From positions 3,628 through 67,627 of the IMG/VR virus record IMGVR_UViG_3300038412_000035: a DNA stretch of 64,000 nt; one strand, given 5' to 3'. Source of the DNA: a virus (Duplodnaviria > Caudoviricetes). Shown in pieces: positions 6,231 to 15,300 of this stretch. The notes below the pieces were generated by a model. The model did not search any database and was not told where the DNA came from. It saw only the letters and a program-made list of their open reading frames with translations. Every line of letters starts with the position of its first letter. The stretch's first letter is position 1. Made by a program: the position numbers and the translations under genes.

Positions 6231-6827
6231 ATGAGCGAGCAGATTTCAGACGAATTTGATATCTCAGAAAACAAGGAGCAGATGGCTCCGCAGGACAAGC
6301 TGAAGACACTCCACTCGATGGCTGGTGATTGTCTCAGCATGAGCGACGCAATCGAGCAAATGGAAGCTCAGCTTTCAGCAGCGAAGGCCGCTCTTCAATC
6401 ACTCAGGACGGAAAAGATGCCTGAGTTGATGGCTGAGTTGTCGATGCCTGATTTCACATTCAACGGTCTTGAGTTCAAGCTGGATGACTTCGTCAGCGGC
6501 TCATTCCCGAAAGATCCAGACAAGCGCAAGGTCGCTGTCGGCCTTCTCAAGGATTATGAAGCTGAAGGGATGATCAAGACTGAGATCACAGTTGAATTCG
6601 GCAAGTCTCAGCACAATGAGGCTCTTGACCTTTTCAACTCTTTGGTTGAGAAAGGTTACACTGCCTCTATTGATGAAAACATCCATGCCCAAACTTATCA
6701 GGCATTCGCTCGCCGGCGATTGGAGGATGGTGAACCGATTGATGCTGTTGGCCTTGGGTTGTTCACAGGGAAGGTCGTCAAGTTCAAGCCTGTCAAAGAG
6801 AAGAAGAGCAAGGCAAAGAAATCCTGA
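6231..6827 (+). CDS. Conserved phage protein (coiled coil + IH.QT..AF motif)
   Basis: ORF track; family usually paired with the upstream gene. Confidence 0.75.
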   Translation: MSEQISDEFDISENKEQMAPQDKLKTLHSMAGDCLSMSDAIEQMEAQLSAAKAALQSLRTEKMPELMAELSMPDFTFNGLEFKLDDFVSGSFPKDPDKRKVAVGLLKDYEAEGMIKTEITVEFGKSQHNEALDLFNSLVEKGYTASIDENIHAQTYQAFARRRLEDGEPIDAVGLGLFTGKVVKFKPVKEKKSKAKKS

Positions 6828-6839
6828 TTGGAGGGTGAT

Positions 6840-7031
6840 ATGTTTGTTCTGTGGACGCATGACTTTGCACATCGCACCTCGATCTCAAAGAAGCATTACA
6901 AAGAGATGACTGAGATGGAGAGGCGCACCAAGTTATGCGAGCCAATCAAGATTGCTCCAGAGCATGAGAATGAGACGCTGGAGAGGCTGGCTGAGCTTTA
7001 TCCTCTGCCCAACCAAGTGAAGGAAAAGTGA
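6840..7031 (+). CDS. Small hypothetical protein
   Basis: ATG 6840 with GAGG SD. Confidence 0.55.
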   Translation: MFVLWTHDFAHRTSISKKHYKEMTEMERRTKLCEPIKIAPEHENETLERLAELYPLPNQVKEK

Positions 7032-7032
7032 C

Positions 7033-7971
7033 ATGACGAAGTTCGTTGTTGCTGGGGCGGGGATGGCCGGCCTTCTTGCTGGTAACCTATTGGGAAAGAG
7101 CCTCAGCCGCATTGCTGAGGCTGCGCCGAACCTTCCAAACAATCATTCCGCAGTTCTGCGTTTCCGATCAACTGTTGTTGCGGATAGCCTCGGCATTCCG
7201 TTCAAGAAGGTCCAGATGATGAAGGCGGTTGCGCCTTGGAGAAATCCTGTGGCTGATGCCATGGCGTATTCGAGGAAGACAAGCGGCATTGCCTCGCTCC
7301 GGTCATCAATCAGTGCTTCTGGGTTGGTTGAGACGAGATACATCGCGCCGCCTGACCTCATAAACCAGATGTTTGAGCCAATCCTCAGCAAAGTGTCTTT
7401 CGATGATCCGCTAAATATGAATTCGATAGACAATGTTCTGGTTGCTGGGTTCAAGATCATATCAACCATCCCGATGCCGACGCTGATTAAGATACTTGGG
7501 TATCAAACAAGGAAGGAAATGTCATTCACATACCACAACGGCTACAACATCATCGCTAAGTTGGATTATGTCGATGCCTATTGCACTCTGTACATTCCAA
7601 ATCCTTCATTCAAAGGGTCTCGCATATCAATCACAGGTGATGAGATGGTGATTGAATGCTATGAGGCTATCAGCGATGCCAAAGAGGCATTCGATATAAC
7701 AATTGAGGCTCTATCATATATTGGTCTCAGGCGATCTAATCTGCTGACATCTGATGTCGAGATCAAGACCCAGAAATACGGGAAGATCACGCCGATTGAT
7801 GATGATGAGCGAAAGCGCTTCATCATGTGGGCTTCAGACAAGTTTGACATATACTCGTTTGGCCGTTTCGCTACATGGCGACCTGGCTTGCTGTTGGATG
7901 ATCTGGTGAGTGATTACCGTGTCATCTCGCGTCTGGTCATTGGAATGACCAGTTATGATCATAGGAAGTGA
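7033..7971 (+). CDS. FAD/NAD-binding oxidoreductase (Rossmann fold; Glf/UGM-like C-terminal GRFATW)
   Basis: N-terminal VVAGAGMAGLLAG (GxGxxG) dinucleotide-binding motif. Confidence 0.75.
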   Translation: MTKFVVAGAGMAGLLAGNLLGKSLSRIAEAAPNLPNNHSAVLRFRSTVVADSLGIPFKKVQMMKAVAPWRNPVADAMAYSRKTSGIASLRSSISASGLVETRYIAPPDLINQMFEPILSKVSFDDPLNMNSIDNVLVAGFKIISTIPMPTLIKILGYQTRKEMSFTYHNGYNIIAKLDYVDAYCTLYIPNPSFKGSRISITGDEMVIECYEAISDAKEAFDITIEALSYIGLRRSNLLTSDVEIKTQKYGKITPIDDDERKRFIMWASDKFDIYSFGRFATWRPGLLLDDLVSDYRVISRLVIGMTSYDHRK

Positions 7972-7982
7972 GGAGATAACCA

Positions 7983-8348
7983 ATGCCTATGCCGAAAGGA
8001 CACAGATTTCACTGGGATAAAGACAAGCTGAAGAACCATGTGAATTCTGAGTATTTCGGTCTATGTAGAAGGTCTCTTCAGAATTTCAAATGCTGCCATA
8101 ACAGGGTTAGAGATGGCAAGTGCCCATCAATTGAATGGGATAGGAACAGAGAAGGATACATAGCATTCATGAATGAGATTGGCGAAAAGCCAAATGATGG
8201 AATGAAGTGGAGCGTAGGAAGGATTAATCACGATCTTGGTTATCAAACAGGAAACATAAGATGGGAGCTTCACATACACAATTCAGTTAAGAGAAAAGGA
8301 ACCAAATATCAAAATTGCATTGATGCTATCCAAACCACAGGAGGATGA
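7983..8348 (+). CDS. Free-standing HNH-like homing endonuclease
   Basis: IAFMNEIGEKP..WSVGRINHDLGY..GNIRW pattern; AT-rich insertion overlapping the thyX start. Confidence 0.65.
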   Translation: MPMPKGHRFHWDKDKLKNHVNSEYFGLCRRSLQNFKCCHNRVRDGKCPSIEWDRNREGYIAFMNEIGEKPNDGMKWSVGRINHDLGYQTGNIRWELHIHNSVKRKGTKYQNCIDAIQTTGG

Positions 8349-9103
8349 TGATGAATGTAAGGCTGATTGATTATACCGGGTGCGGGCATCACGATATGCT
8401 GTATGCGGCGAAGTTGCTCGCCTATACGAAGAACACAAGGTTGGAACAGAACGCCGATACACTCGACAAGTTCATGAATATGACTTGGGAAGAGTTGGAG
8501 CCTGAGTTGAACTACATCTCCAAAACAATCAGGAGCAGTTGGGAGATGGTGGACTTCACGTTTCAGATCACAGACGTGACGCGTGCATTCACTCACCAAT
8601 TCGTCCGCACTCGAACAGCGAGCTACGCCCAGCAGGCTCAGCGCGTGGTCGATATGGGAGATTTCGAGGCGGAAATGCCTGATTCAGTCATCAGTCATCC
8701 ATCTGCTGCTTCATTGTGGAATAACTGCATAGCAAGCATCAAGCACACATACCGTGGAATGCAAAAACTCGGAATTCCCAACCAGGACTGCCGGGGGCTT
8801 CTGCCAACCAATGTTCATACAAACATCATCTCCAAGATGAATCTTCGCACTCTAGCGGACATCATCGCCAAGCGCAAAAACCTTCGCGCCCAAGGCGAGT
8901 ATGGCGCTATCGCGGCGGCGATGGAGAAGGTTGTGCTTGAGACTATGCCTTGGACGAAGCCTTTCTTGGATCCAGAGCGCACGCGAACACCGGCGCTCGA
9001 CAAGCTTCTTGTGACAATGCTTGGGTCTTCATCGCCAGTCGATAAGCCTGAGATCAATGCCGCATTGAAGGAACTGGACAATCTGAAAGCTGTTTGGGGT
9101 TGA
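8345..9103 (+). CDS. thyX: ThyX-like flavin-dependent thymidylate synthase, divergent motif
   Basis: F.I.DVTRAFTHQFVRTRTASYAQQAQR; CRGLLPTN..T. Confidence 0.8.
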   Translation: MMMNVRLIDYTGCGHHDMLYAAKLLAYTKNTRLEQNADTLDKFMNMTWEELEPELNYISKTIRSSWEMVDFTFQITDVTRAFTHQFVRTRTASYAQQAQRVVDMGDFEAEMPDSVISHPSAASLWNNCIASIKHTYRGMQKLGIPNQDCRGLLPTNVHTNIISKMNLRTLADIIAKRKNLRAQGEYGAIAAAMEKVVLETMPWTKPFLDPERTRTPALDKLLVTMLGSSSPVDKPEINAALKELDNLKAVWG

Positions 9104-9120
9104 AACAAACATGAGATGTA

Positions 9121-9194
9121 CTGCGCCTCTTGAGCCAAGGTGCAGGAAAGTGGGAGGCTCCTGGGGTCAATCCACTGTGATTGACCCCAGCCCA
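9121..9194 (+). other. Candidate structured RNA (pseudoknot + 12-bp hairpin)
   Basis: CTGCGCCT/AGGTGCAG stem; loop GAGCC pairs with GGCTC (9156-9160); perfect CTGGGGTCAATC/GATTGACCCCAG; TGGG/CCCA. Confidence 0.45.
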
Positions 9195-9224
9195 TGAATC
9201 AAAATTCAACTGAGGAATAAAACA

Positions 9225-9671
9225 ATGATCATCGAAATCAACGGCAACAAGATTGAAGTTGACGAGCGCTTCGCGCGCCGCATCGAGGAAATGCGCATCG
9301 GATCGCGCGTCAAAATCCTCAAGAAGGTCTATGACGGCCACAAGGTTCATCCTGGAGTTGTGGTTGGCTTTGAGCCTTTCGAGAAGCTCCCAACCATCGT
9401 CGTGGCCTATGTCGAGGAAGATTGGCAGAAGAGCGAGGTCAAATTCGCTCACTTCAATGCGAAGTTTGAAGGCGAGATGGTGGTTGCTGCCGACGAAGAC
9501 TTCCATGTGGACAAGGATCGCATCCTCAAGCAGTTTGATCGCCAGATAGCGGCGAAGCAGCGTGAGATCGATACCATCGAGGAACAGAAGCAGTATTTCC
9601 TCACCAACTTCCGCGCCTATTGGGAGAAGGTGATCAAGCCGGCGCCAGCGCCCGCGAACAGCGAAGACTGA
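9225..9671 (+). CDS. Conserved hypothetical phage protein
   Basis: ORF track, GAGG SD, phage-typical codon use. Confidence 0.8.
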   Translation: MIIEINGNKIEVDERFARRIEEMRIGSRVKILKKVYDGHKVHPGVVVGFEPFEKLPTIVVAYVEEDWQKSEVKFAHFNAKFEGEMVVAADEDFHVDKDRILKQFDRQIAAKQREIDTIEEQKQYFLTNFRAYWEKVIKPAPAPANSED

Positions 9672-9695
9672 TCAACCAACGTCAAAAGGTGCTGT

Positions 9696-9917
9696 ATGAA
9701 CCAGGCCAGCCTCAACTTCTCAACATTGATTCTGTCAAACAGCAAATTCAATGTTGGTGATTTGGTCCGCAAGAAGAGCGGTTCCAAATGGGAGGGGAAG
9801 GTTTGTGGTTTCTACAGCACCGATTTGACGCTGATAGGCTATTGCATCGAAAGCAATCATCATTCAGGAAGCGTTCAGATATACCCTGAGAGTGCTCTTG
9901 AGCTTGTCGAGCGCTGA
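9696..9917 (+). CDS. dfrB: Type II (R67/DfrB-like) dihydrofolate reductase homologue
   Basis: [31 protein letters not shown]; ungapped match to the R67 core with the VQIY active-site motif. Confidence 0.85.
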   Translation: MNQASLNFSTLILSNSKFNVGDLVRKKSGSKWEGKVCGFYSTDLTLIGYCIESNHHSGSVQIYPESALELVER

Positions 9918-9918
9918 G

Positions 9919-10242
9919 ATGAAAGAACCAACCAACCATTTCGACACACTCCATCAGAAGCGATACCTTTCGGCCTTCGACAAGGACGCCAATGATTTGA
10001 GATGGAAGGCTGGCAAAGCCCTCAAGGCATCATCAGAGTTCACTCAGAGATACTGCAAGATGAGGGTTGGAGAAAACATCTGGACCATCATCAAGGCTGT
10101 CGTGCTTGATGATGAGGATATTAGAAGCTGTCGCAGGCATATCGGCCAAGCAGTGGCCACTCAAAGGGCAGACGCAATCATACATGATCGCCTTCGCAAT
10201 GGCCTCGATATCATCGGGACGGTGCTGAGGGTTGATATGTGA
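9919..10242 (+). CDS. Hypothetical protein
   Basis: ATG 9919 just after the dfrB-like stop. Confidence 0.6.
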   Translation: MKEPTNHFDTLHQKRYLSAFDKDANDLRWKAGKALKASSEFTQRYCKMRVGENIWTIIKAVVLDDEDIRSCRRHIGQAVATQRADAIIHDRLRNGLDIIGTVLRVDM

Positions 10243-10247
10243 AGTTC

Positions 10248-10323
10248 GCCGGCTTAGCTCAGTTGGTAGAGCAACTGATTTGTAATCAGTAGGTCGCGGG
10301 TTCGATCCCTGCAGCCGGCACCA
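10248..10323 (+). tRNA. tRNA-Thr(UGU)
   Basis: GCCGGCT/AGCCGGC acceptor, ACTGA-TT TGT AA-TCAGT anticodon arm, GGTTCGA T-loop, encoded CCA. Confidence 0.95.
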
Positions 10324-10328
10324 TAAAC

Positions 10329-10415
10329 GGAGGGTAGCACCACTGGTGGGTAAGCGGCCTTGAAAACCGTGCCAACCTTGATTGGTTGATGGTTCAATTC
10401 CATTACCCTCCGCCA
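10329..10415 (+). tRNA. tRNA-Ser(UGA)
   Basis: GGAGGGT/ACCCTCC acceptor, CT TGA AA loop, long variable arm, encoded CCA. Confidence 0.88.
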
Positions 10416-10420
10416 CTATA

Positions 10421-10493
10421 CTGCGCATAGCTCAATAGGTAGAGTGCATGGTTTGGGACCATGAGGTTGCAGGTTCAAGTCCCGCTGCGCAGA
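10421..10493 (+). tRNA. tRNA-Pro(UGG), no encoded CCA
   Basis: CTGCGCA/TGCGCAG acceptor, CATGG-TT TGG GA-CCATG anticodon arm, GGTTCAA T-loop. Confidence 0.9.
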
Positions 10494-10509
10494 CTTTTGG
10501 GAGGCATGA

Positions 10510-10731
10510 ATGTCAAACAGACACTTCAAACGTCGATCATTCGAGCAAGTAACCATCGAGCTGATCATTCTGTTTGATACATGCAGCGACATCCTCGTTG
10601 CTAAGTATGAGAGAAGTGATGGTGTTTGGTTGCCAAGGTCTCAAGTTGAGATTGAGATGATTGGTAATAGCAGGAAGCGCGCAAGGGTGTCGATGCCGTC
10701 CTGGCTCGCGCAAGAGGAAGGGTTGATCTGA
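10510..10731 (+). CDS. Small conserved phage protein (WLPRSQVE..MPSWLA)
   Basis: ORF track, GGAGG SD. Confidence 0.75.
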   Translation: MSNRHFKRRSFEQVTIELIILFDTCSDILVAKYERSDGVWLPRSQVEIEMIGNSRKRARVSMPSWLAQEEGLI

Positions 10732-11180
10732 TGAAGTGGATAGTATTCGACCTTGATGGCACACTCGCGGATTCATCCCACCGCGAACATCTCGCCCAAA
10801 GCAAGCAATGGGATGAGTTCCACTCAGCATCATATCAGGATCCACTGAATGATGATGTGGCGTTTTTACTCCGCAGCGCGCCGCTGAATGGTTGCTGCGG
10901 CATGGTATTGACCGGACGGAATAAGAAATATTGGTCAACCACCCTCACCTGGTTTTCGCACAAAGGCATTCTGGGGTTGGTTGATGAACTTCTTATGAGG
11001 CCTGATGATGACTTCTCATCAGACGCAGTCGTCAAGCCGCGTCTTCTCGCTGAGTATTTCGGCTCCATCGAGCGGGCGCGCGAGGATGTGGTTGTGATCC
11101 TTGAGGATCGCGAGAAGATGGTTGAGTGCTGGCGCAACCTTGAATTCAAATGCTGGCAAGTGCGCACTGGCGCGTATTGA
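10731..11180 (+). CDS. HAD-family phosphatase (PNK 3'-phosphatase-like)
   Basis: FDLDGTLAD, LTGR, LLMRP.DD..D..VK, EDRE motifs. Confidence 0.85.
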   Translation: MKWIVFDLDGTLADSSHREHLAQSKQWDEFHSASYQDPLNDDVAFLLRSAPLNGCCGMVLTGRNKKYWSTTLTWFSHKGILGLVDELLMRPDDDFSSDAVVKPRLLAEYFGSIERAREDVVVILEDREKMVECWRNLEFKCWQVRTGAY

Positions 11181-11204
11181 TACAAATCAAATGGGGGGGG
11201 GGAA

Positions 11205-11576
11205 GTGGCTGACAAACCTAACGCATCTCAATATCTCAATGAAGGTGCGGAAATCTACAAGAAGCAAGGTGCCTTATATGGCAACAACTATCAAACATTC
11301 GGCAGCGTGTTCATGGCTTTGTTTCCTGAAGGAATCAAAGTTGACAATGCTGCTGATGCTTCGCGTTTGGGCGTCCTGATTCAGATTACAAACAAGCTCA
11401 CGCGTTATGCGAAAAATTTCAATCGGGGCGGTCACCATGATTCTCTGATTGATATGTCAGTGTACTCAGCAATGCTGGCAGAGATTGATGAGCTTGCTAG
11501 GCAGGAATCATCTGCTCGTCCTCCTACAACCAGGCCGCCATTCACAAGAACAACTACATCAGCAAACGGAGGGTAA
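11205..11576 (+). CDS. DUF6378-like conserved phage protein
   Basis: YG.NY..KLTRY..H.DSLID..VY..ML; GTG start after a G10 run. Confidence 0.6.
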   Translation: MADKPNASQYLNEGAEIYKKQGALYGNNYQTFGSVFMALFPEGIKVDNAADASRLGVLIQITNKLTRYAKNFNRGGHHDSLIDMSVYSAMLAEIDELARQESSARPPTTRPPFTRTTTSANGG

Positions 11577-11578
11577 CA

Positions 11579-12127
11579 TTGGGAGAGCTAGTGTATGTGC
11601 TGTTTGATACTGAGACGACAGCGCTCATATCAAACACACTCATGTCCGAGAAGTACCAACCAGAGATCATTGAATTCTACTCGTGCAAGATCGATGAGGA
11701 TTACAATGATCTTGGGGAGCTTGAGTTCCTTTGCAAGCCTCGTCGGCCTTTGACTGATGAGATAACGAGGATAACAGGCATAACCAACAACGATCTGGAG
11801 TATGCTAAGCCATTCTCGCATTACGCTGACGAAGTCGCGAAGTGGTTCAGTGACGGCGATGCGGTCGTGGCTCACAACCTGTCTTATGACAAGGACGTTC
11901 TGAAGACTGAATACTGGAGGCTCCACCAACCAGAGAAACTGAAACTGCCGCGTCACGAAATATGCACCGTGGAAGCGACTGAATGGTTTAAAGGCTATCG
12001 CCTTTCGCTATCTGCGCTTCATGAGCATCTCTTCAATGAACCTTTCTCTGGCGCTCATCGAGCGAAGGCCGACGTTCAGGCTTTGAAGCGATGCTTCATT
12101 CAACTTCTGAAGAATGGGGATGTGTGA
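11579..12127 (+). CDS. dnaQ: DEDDh 3'-5' exonuclease (Pol III epsilon-like)
   Basis: FDTETT, VAHNLSYD, HRAKADV motifs. Confidence 0.9.
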   Translation: MGELVYVLFDTETTALISNTLMSEKYQPEIIEFYSCKIDEDYNDLGELEFLCKPRRPLTDEITRITGITNNDLEYAKPFSHYADEVAKWFSDGDAVVAHNLSYDKDVLKTEYWRLHQPEKLKLPRHEICTVEATEWFKGYRLSLSALHEHLFNEPFSGAHRAKADVQALKRCFIQLLKNGDV

Positions 12128-12327
12128 TGAATCACCAATTCATATATTCTGGATACAGATCAAACATGAAACCGGATATTTGCTTCACAAGCAAAGAGAA
12201 GGCAACTGAATACGATCTGAGTCATGCCCTATCATGGCTTAACATGACGCAGCTACCAGAGTGAGAAGCGAAAACGGGAATGCTACAAGATGACTGTCGT
12301 TTCAGTTGATATAAGCGAGGCAGGTTG

Positions 12328-15300
12328 ATGATCAGGATAAGGACAGGATACTCATTCCGAACAGCATCTGGTCATCTGGATGATGTGATAAATAAGATCA
12401 AAGCGATTGGTTGGTCGCATGCGCCAATCACAGACCGTGGGTCCACCTTCGGATGGGTCCGGTGGAACAAGAGCGCGAAGAAAGCTGGCCTTAAGCCGAT
12501 CTTCGGCGTTGAGCTTGCGGTCTCAGATTCAATCAACGCCAAGAAGCCATCTGTTGATTACTGGACGTTCATCGCCAAGGATTCAGTCCAACCAATCAAT
12601 GAGCTTATCTCGACAGCCACCAATCAGTTCCGTTATCAGCCGCTCTTGAACTATGAGCAGGCGCTGGCCGTCGATGCTTTCAAGATCATCGGCCACCGAT
12701 CAATCATCAATCGCCTTCCTGTCGATAATCGAGATGGCCTGTTCTGGGCGCTTGGGCCGGCTGTGGCGAAAGGCTACGCCAACAAGCTCATCTCATCAGG
12801 CATCCCTCCAATCATGGCCGGTGATAATCGCTACACCAACCCAGAGGGCAAGGGGTTGTGGGAGATTATCTGCGGCCGCAACGCTGAGCGTCAGTCATAT
12901 CCTCAGCACATTCTCGATGAAAGCGAGTGGCGAAGGTCCATCGAGTTCATCGTCAGTGACAAATCAATCATCGATCAGGCGATTGCGAATGCTAGATCGG
13001 TCATAGATGGATCGACAGCAGCCCTCGTTACAGGGAACCTCCTGAAGCCGGAACACCCAAAGCCGCTGTATGATATGTGCGTCGATGGGGCAGCTGAGCT
13101 TAAGGTTGACCTGACTGACCCTGTGTACAAAGAGCGTCTGGACCGTGAGATCAAGCTCATCTATGAGAAGAAGTTTGAGGATTACTTCTACATCGTCTCA
13201 GACATCTGCTGTTTCGCTCGCAAGAACATGCTGGTTGGGCCGGCGCGCGGCTCCAGCTGCGGCAGCCTAGTGTGCTACCTTCTTGGCATAACTCTGGTTG
13301 ATCCGATACCGCACGGACTGATATTTGAGCGCTTCATCGACATCAATCGAAATGACTTGCCTGATATCGACATCGACTTCAGCGATGTTCGTCGCCATCT
13401 GGTGTTTGACTATGTGACAAAGAAGTACGGGGCGGAGCACGTTGCGCGTCTAGGCACAGTCGCGATGTTCAAGCCGAAGTCGGCGCTCCAAGAAGCATCC
13501 GGCGCACTCAATATTCCGAAGTGGAAGTGCGACAACCTCTCTGATACTATGATTGAGAGAAGCTCAGGCGACGCTCGCGCGCTCAATACCCTGGAGGATT
13601 CACTCAAAGAGTTGGCTGCTGGTAAGAAGCTACTAGAAGATCATCCAGAGATCATCAACATCATTCACATGGAAGGCCACCCAAGGCACAGCAGTCAGCA
13701 CGCAGCAGGCATCATCATATCAGACAAACCAGTATCTGAATTCGTCGCTCTCGATCTTCGCACAGGATCAACCATGTGCGATAAGAAAGACGCAGAGGAT
13801 TTGAACCTTCTGAAGATTGATGCCCTCGGCCTCAAGCAGCTTTCGGTGTTTGAAGATACGCTGGAGATGGCCAGCCTTCCGCAGAATACGCTTGAGCATA
13901 TTCCGCTCGATGATCAAGAGGCTTTCGACGTTCTCAACCAGCAGAAGTTCTCAGGCATATTTCAGTTCAATGGGCAAGCGCTTCAATCAATCTCAACTCA
14001 GTTCAAGATTGATCGCTTTGATGACATCGTATCAATCACTGCCCTCGCGCGTCCTGGCCCGCTGGCGTCTGGCGGAGCGATGGAGTGGGTTAAGCGCCGC
14101 AACGGCATGAACCCCATAACCTACGCCCATCCAGTCTTCAAGCCTCATCTTCAAGACACTCTCGGCATCGTATTGTACCAAGAGCAGGTGATGGAGATTG
14201 GTAGGAAGGTTGGCGACCTTGATTGGTCGCAGGTCACTGCCCTGCGAAAGGCAATGAGCAAGAGCCTCGGCAAAGAGTATTTCGACCAGTTCGGCGATCC
14301 ATGGAAGGCCGGCGCCATCGCCAAGGGTGTCGATCCCGAAAAAGCAGAGAAGGTGTGGGATGATCTTTGCGCTTATGGGTCTTGGTGCCTTTCCGGTCAA
14401 ACAAGATTGCGAAATCTATTTACCAACCAGCACAGCAAGGAAGAATTTTTCACAATCAAACAGTTGTATGAAGCAAAAGGCTTTTCCCCATTCAGAACTC
14501 AACCCACAACCAAAAGGCAAAGGATATTGTGCTGGGATGGGAGAGGTCTGAAGCCTGCCGAGACAGTTGATGTTGTGTATTCTGGCAGGAAGGAAACTTG
14601 GTTGGTTGAGGCTTCCAATGGCAATTCAATTCGCGCAACCCTGGATCACAGGTTTCTATGCATTGATGGCGAATATAGAAGCCTGAGAGATATCAAGGTT
14701 GGTGATGATGTAGCTGTTATTGGAGATAGGCAGATAACATCAAGAAAAGCTAAAACAGGAACAGGAAGTGGGAGGCATAACTGGCGTCGTGAGGAATTGG
14801 AAGGAAAGGCATTTTTTAACGGAGTGAGAGGAACAAGGAAGAGAGTCAAGGAAGCGAGCCCAATATGTACAGAATGCGGCTCTTGGCCGACAGAAGAAAT
14901 ACACCACATAGATGGGAATCACAGGGATCACAACCTACACAACCTTCAAGCAGTTTGTCGAAAGTGCCACAAGAAGCTCCATAGAGATTTGTTTGGCCAA
15001 AATCCGAAGCCATATGACAAAGGCCGTGGCATTGAATTTGCTCAAGTAGTGTCAATAAGCAATCCGTTGGTTGAAGACACATATGATATTTCAATGCCTT
15101 GCCCAAACAACAACTTCCTCGCAGAAGATTTCGTCGTTCACAATAGCTTCAATAAGAGCCACGCAGTCGCTTATGGTTACATCTCATATCAATGTTGCTG
15201 GTTGAAGGCGCACTATCCGTTTGAGTTCGCCGCTGCGACGCTCAGCCATGAAGATGATCCCATGAAGCAGATTATGATGCTTCGTGAGATGGCGCTTGAA

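Noticed and set aside
9121-9194. Pistol or HDV-like ribozyme call
   Set aside because: Helix order resembles pistol, but the GCG after the pseudoknot and the GU cleavage linker are absent; there is no P3/L3 for an HDV-like fold. Kept only as an unclassified structure.
12127-12324. Small ORF(s) between dnaQ and dnaE
   Set aside because: A 45-codon frame starts at 12127, but it has no recognisable motif and its continuation is ambiguous.
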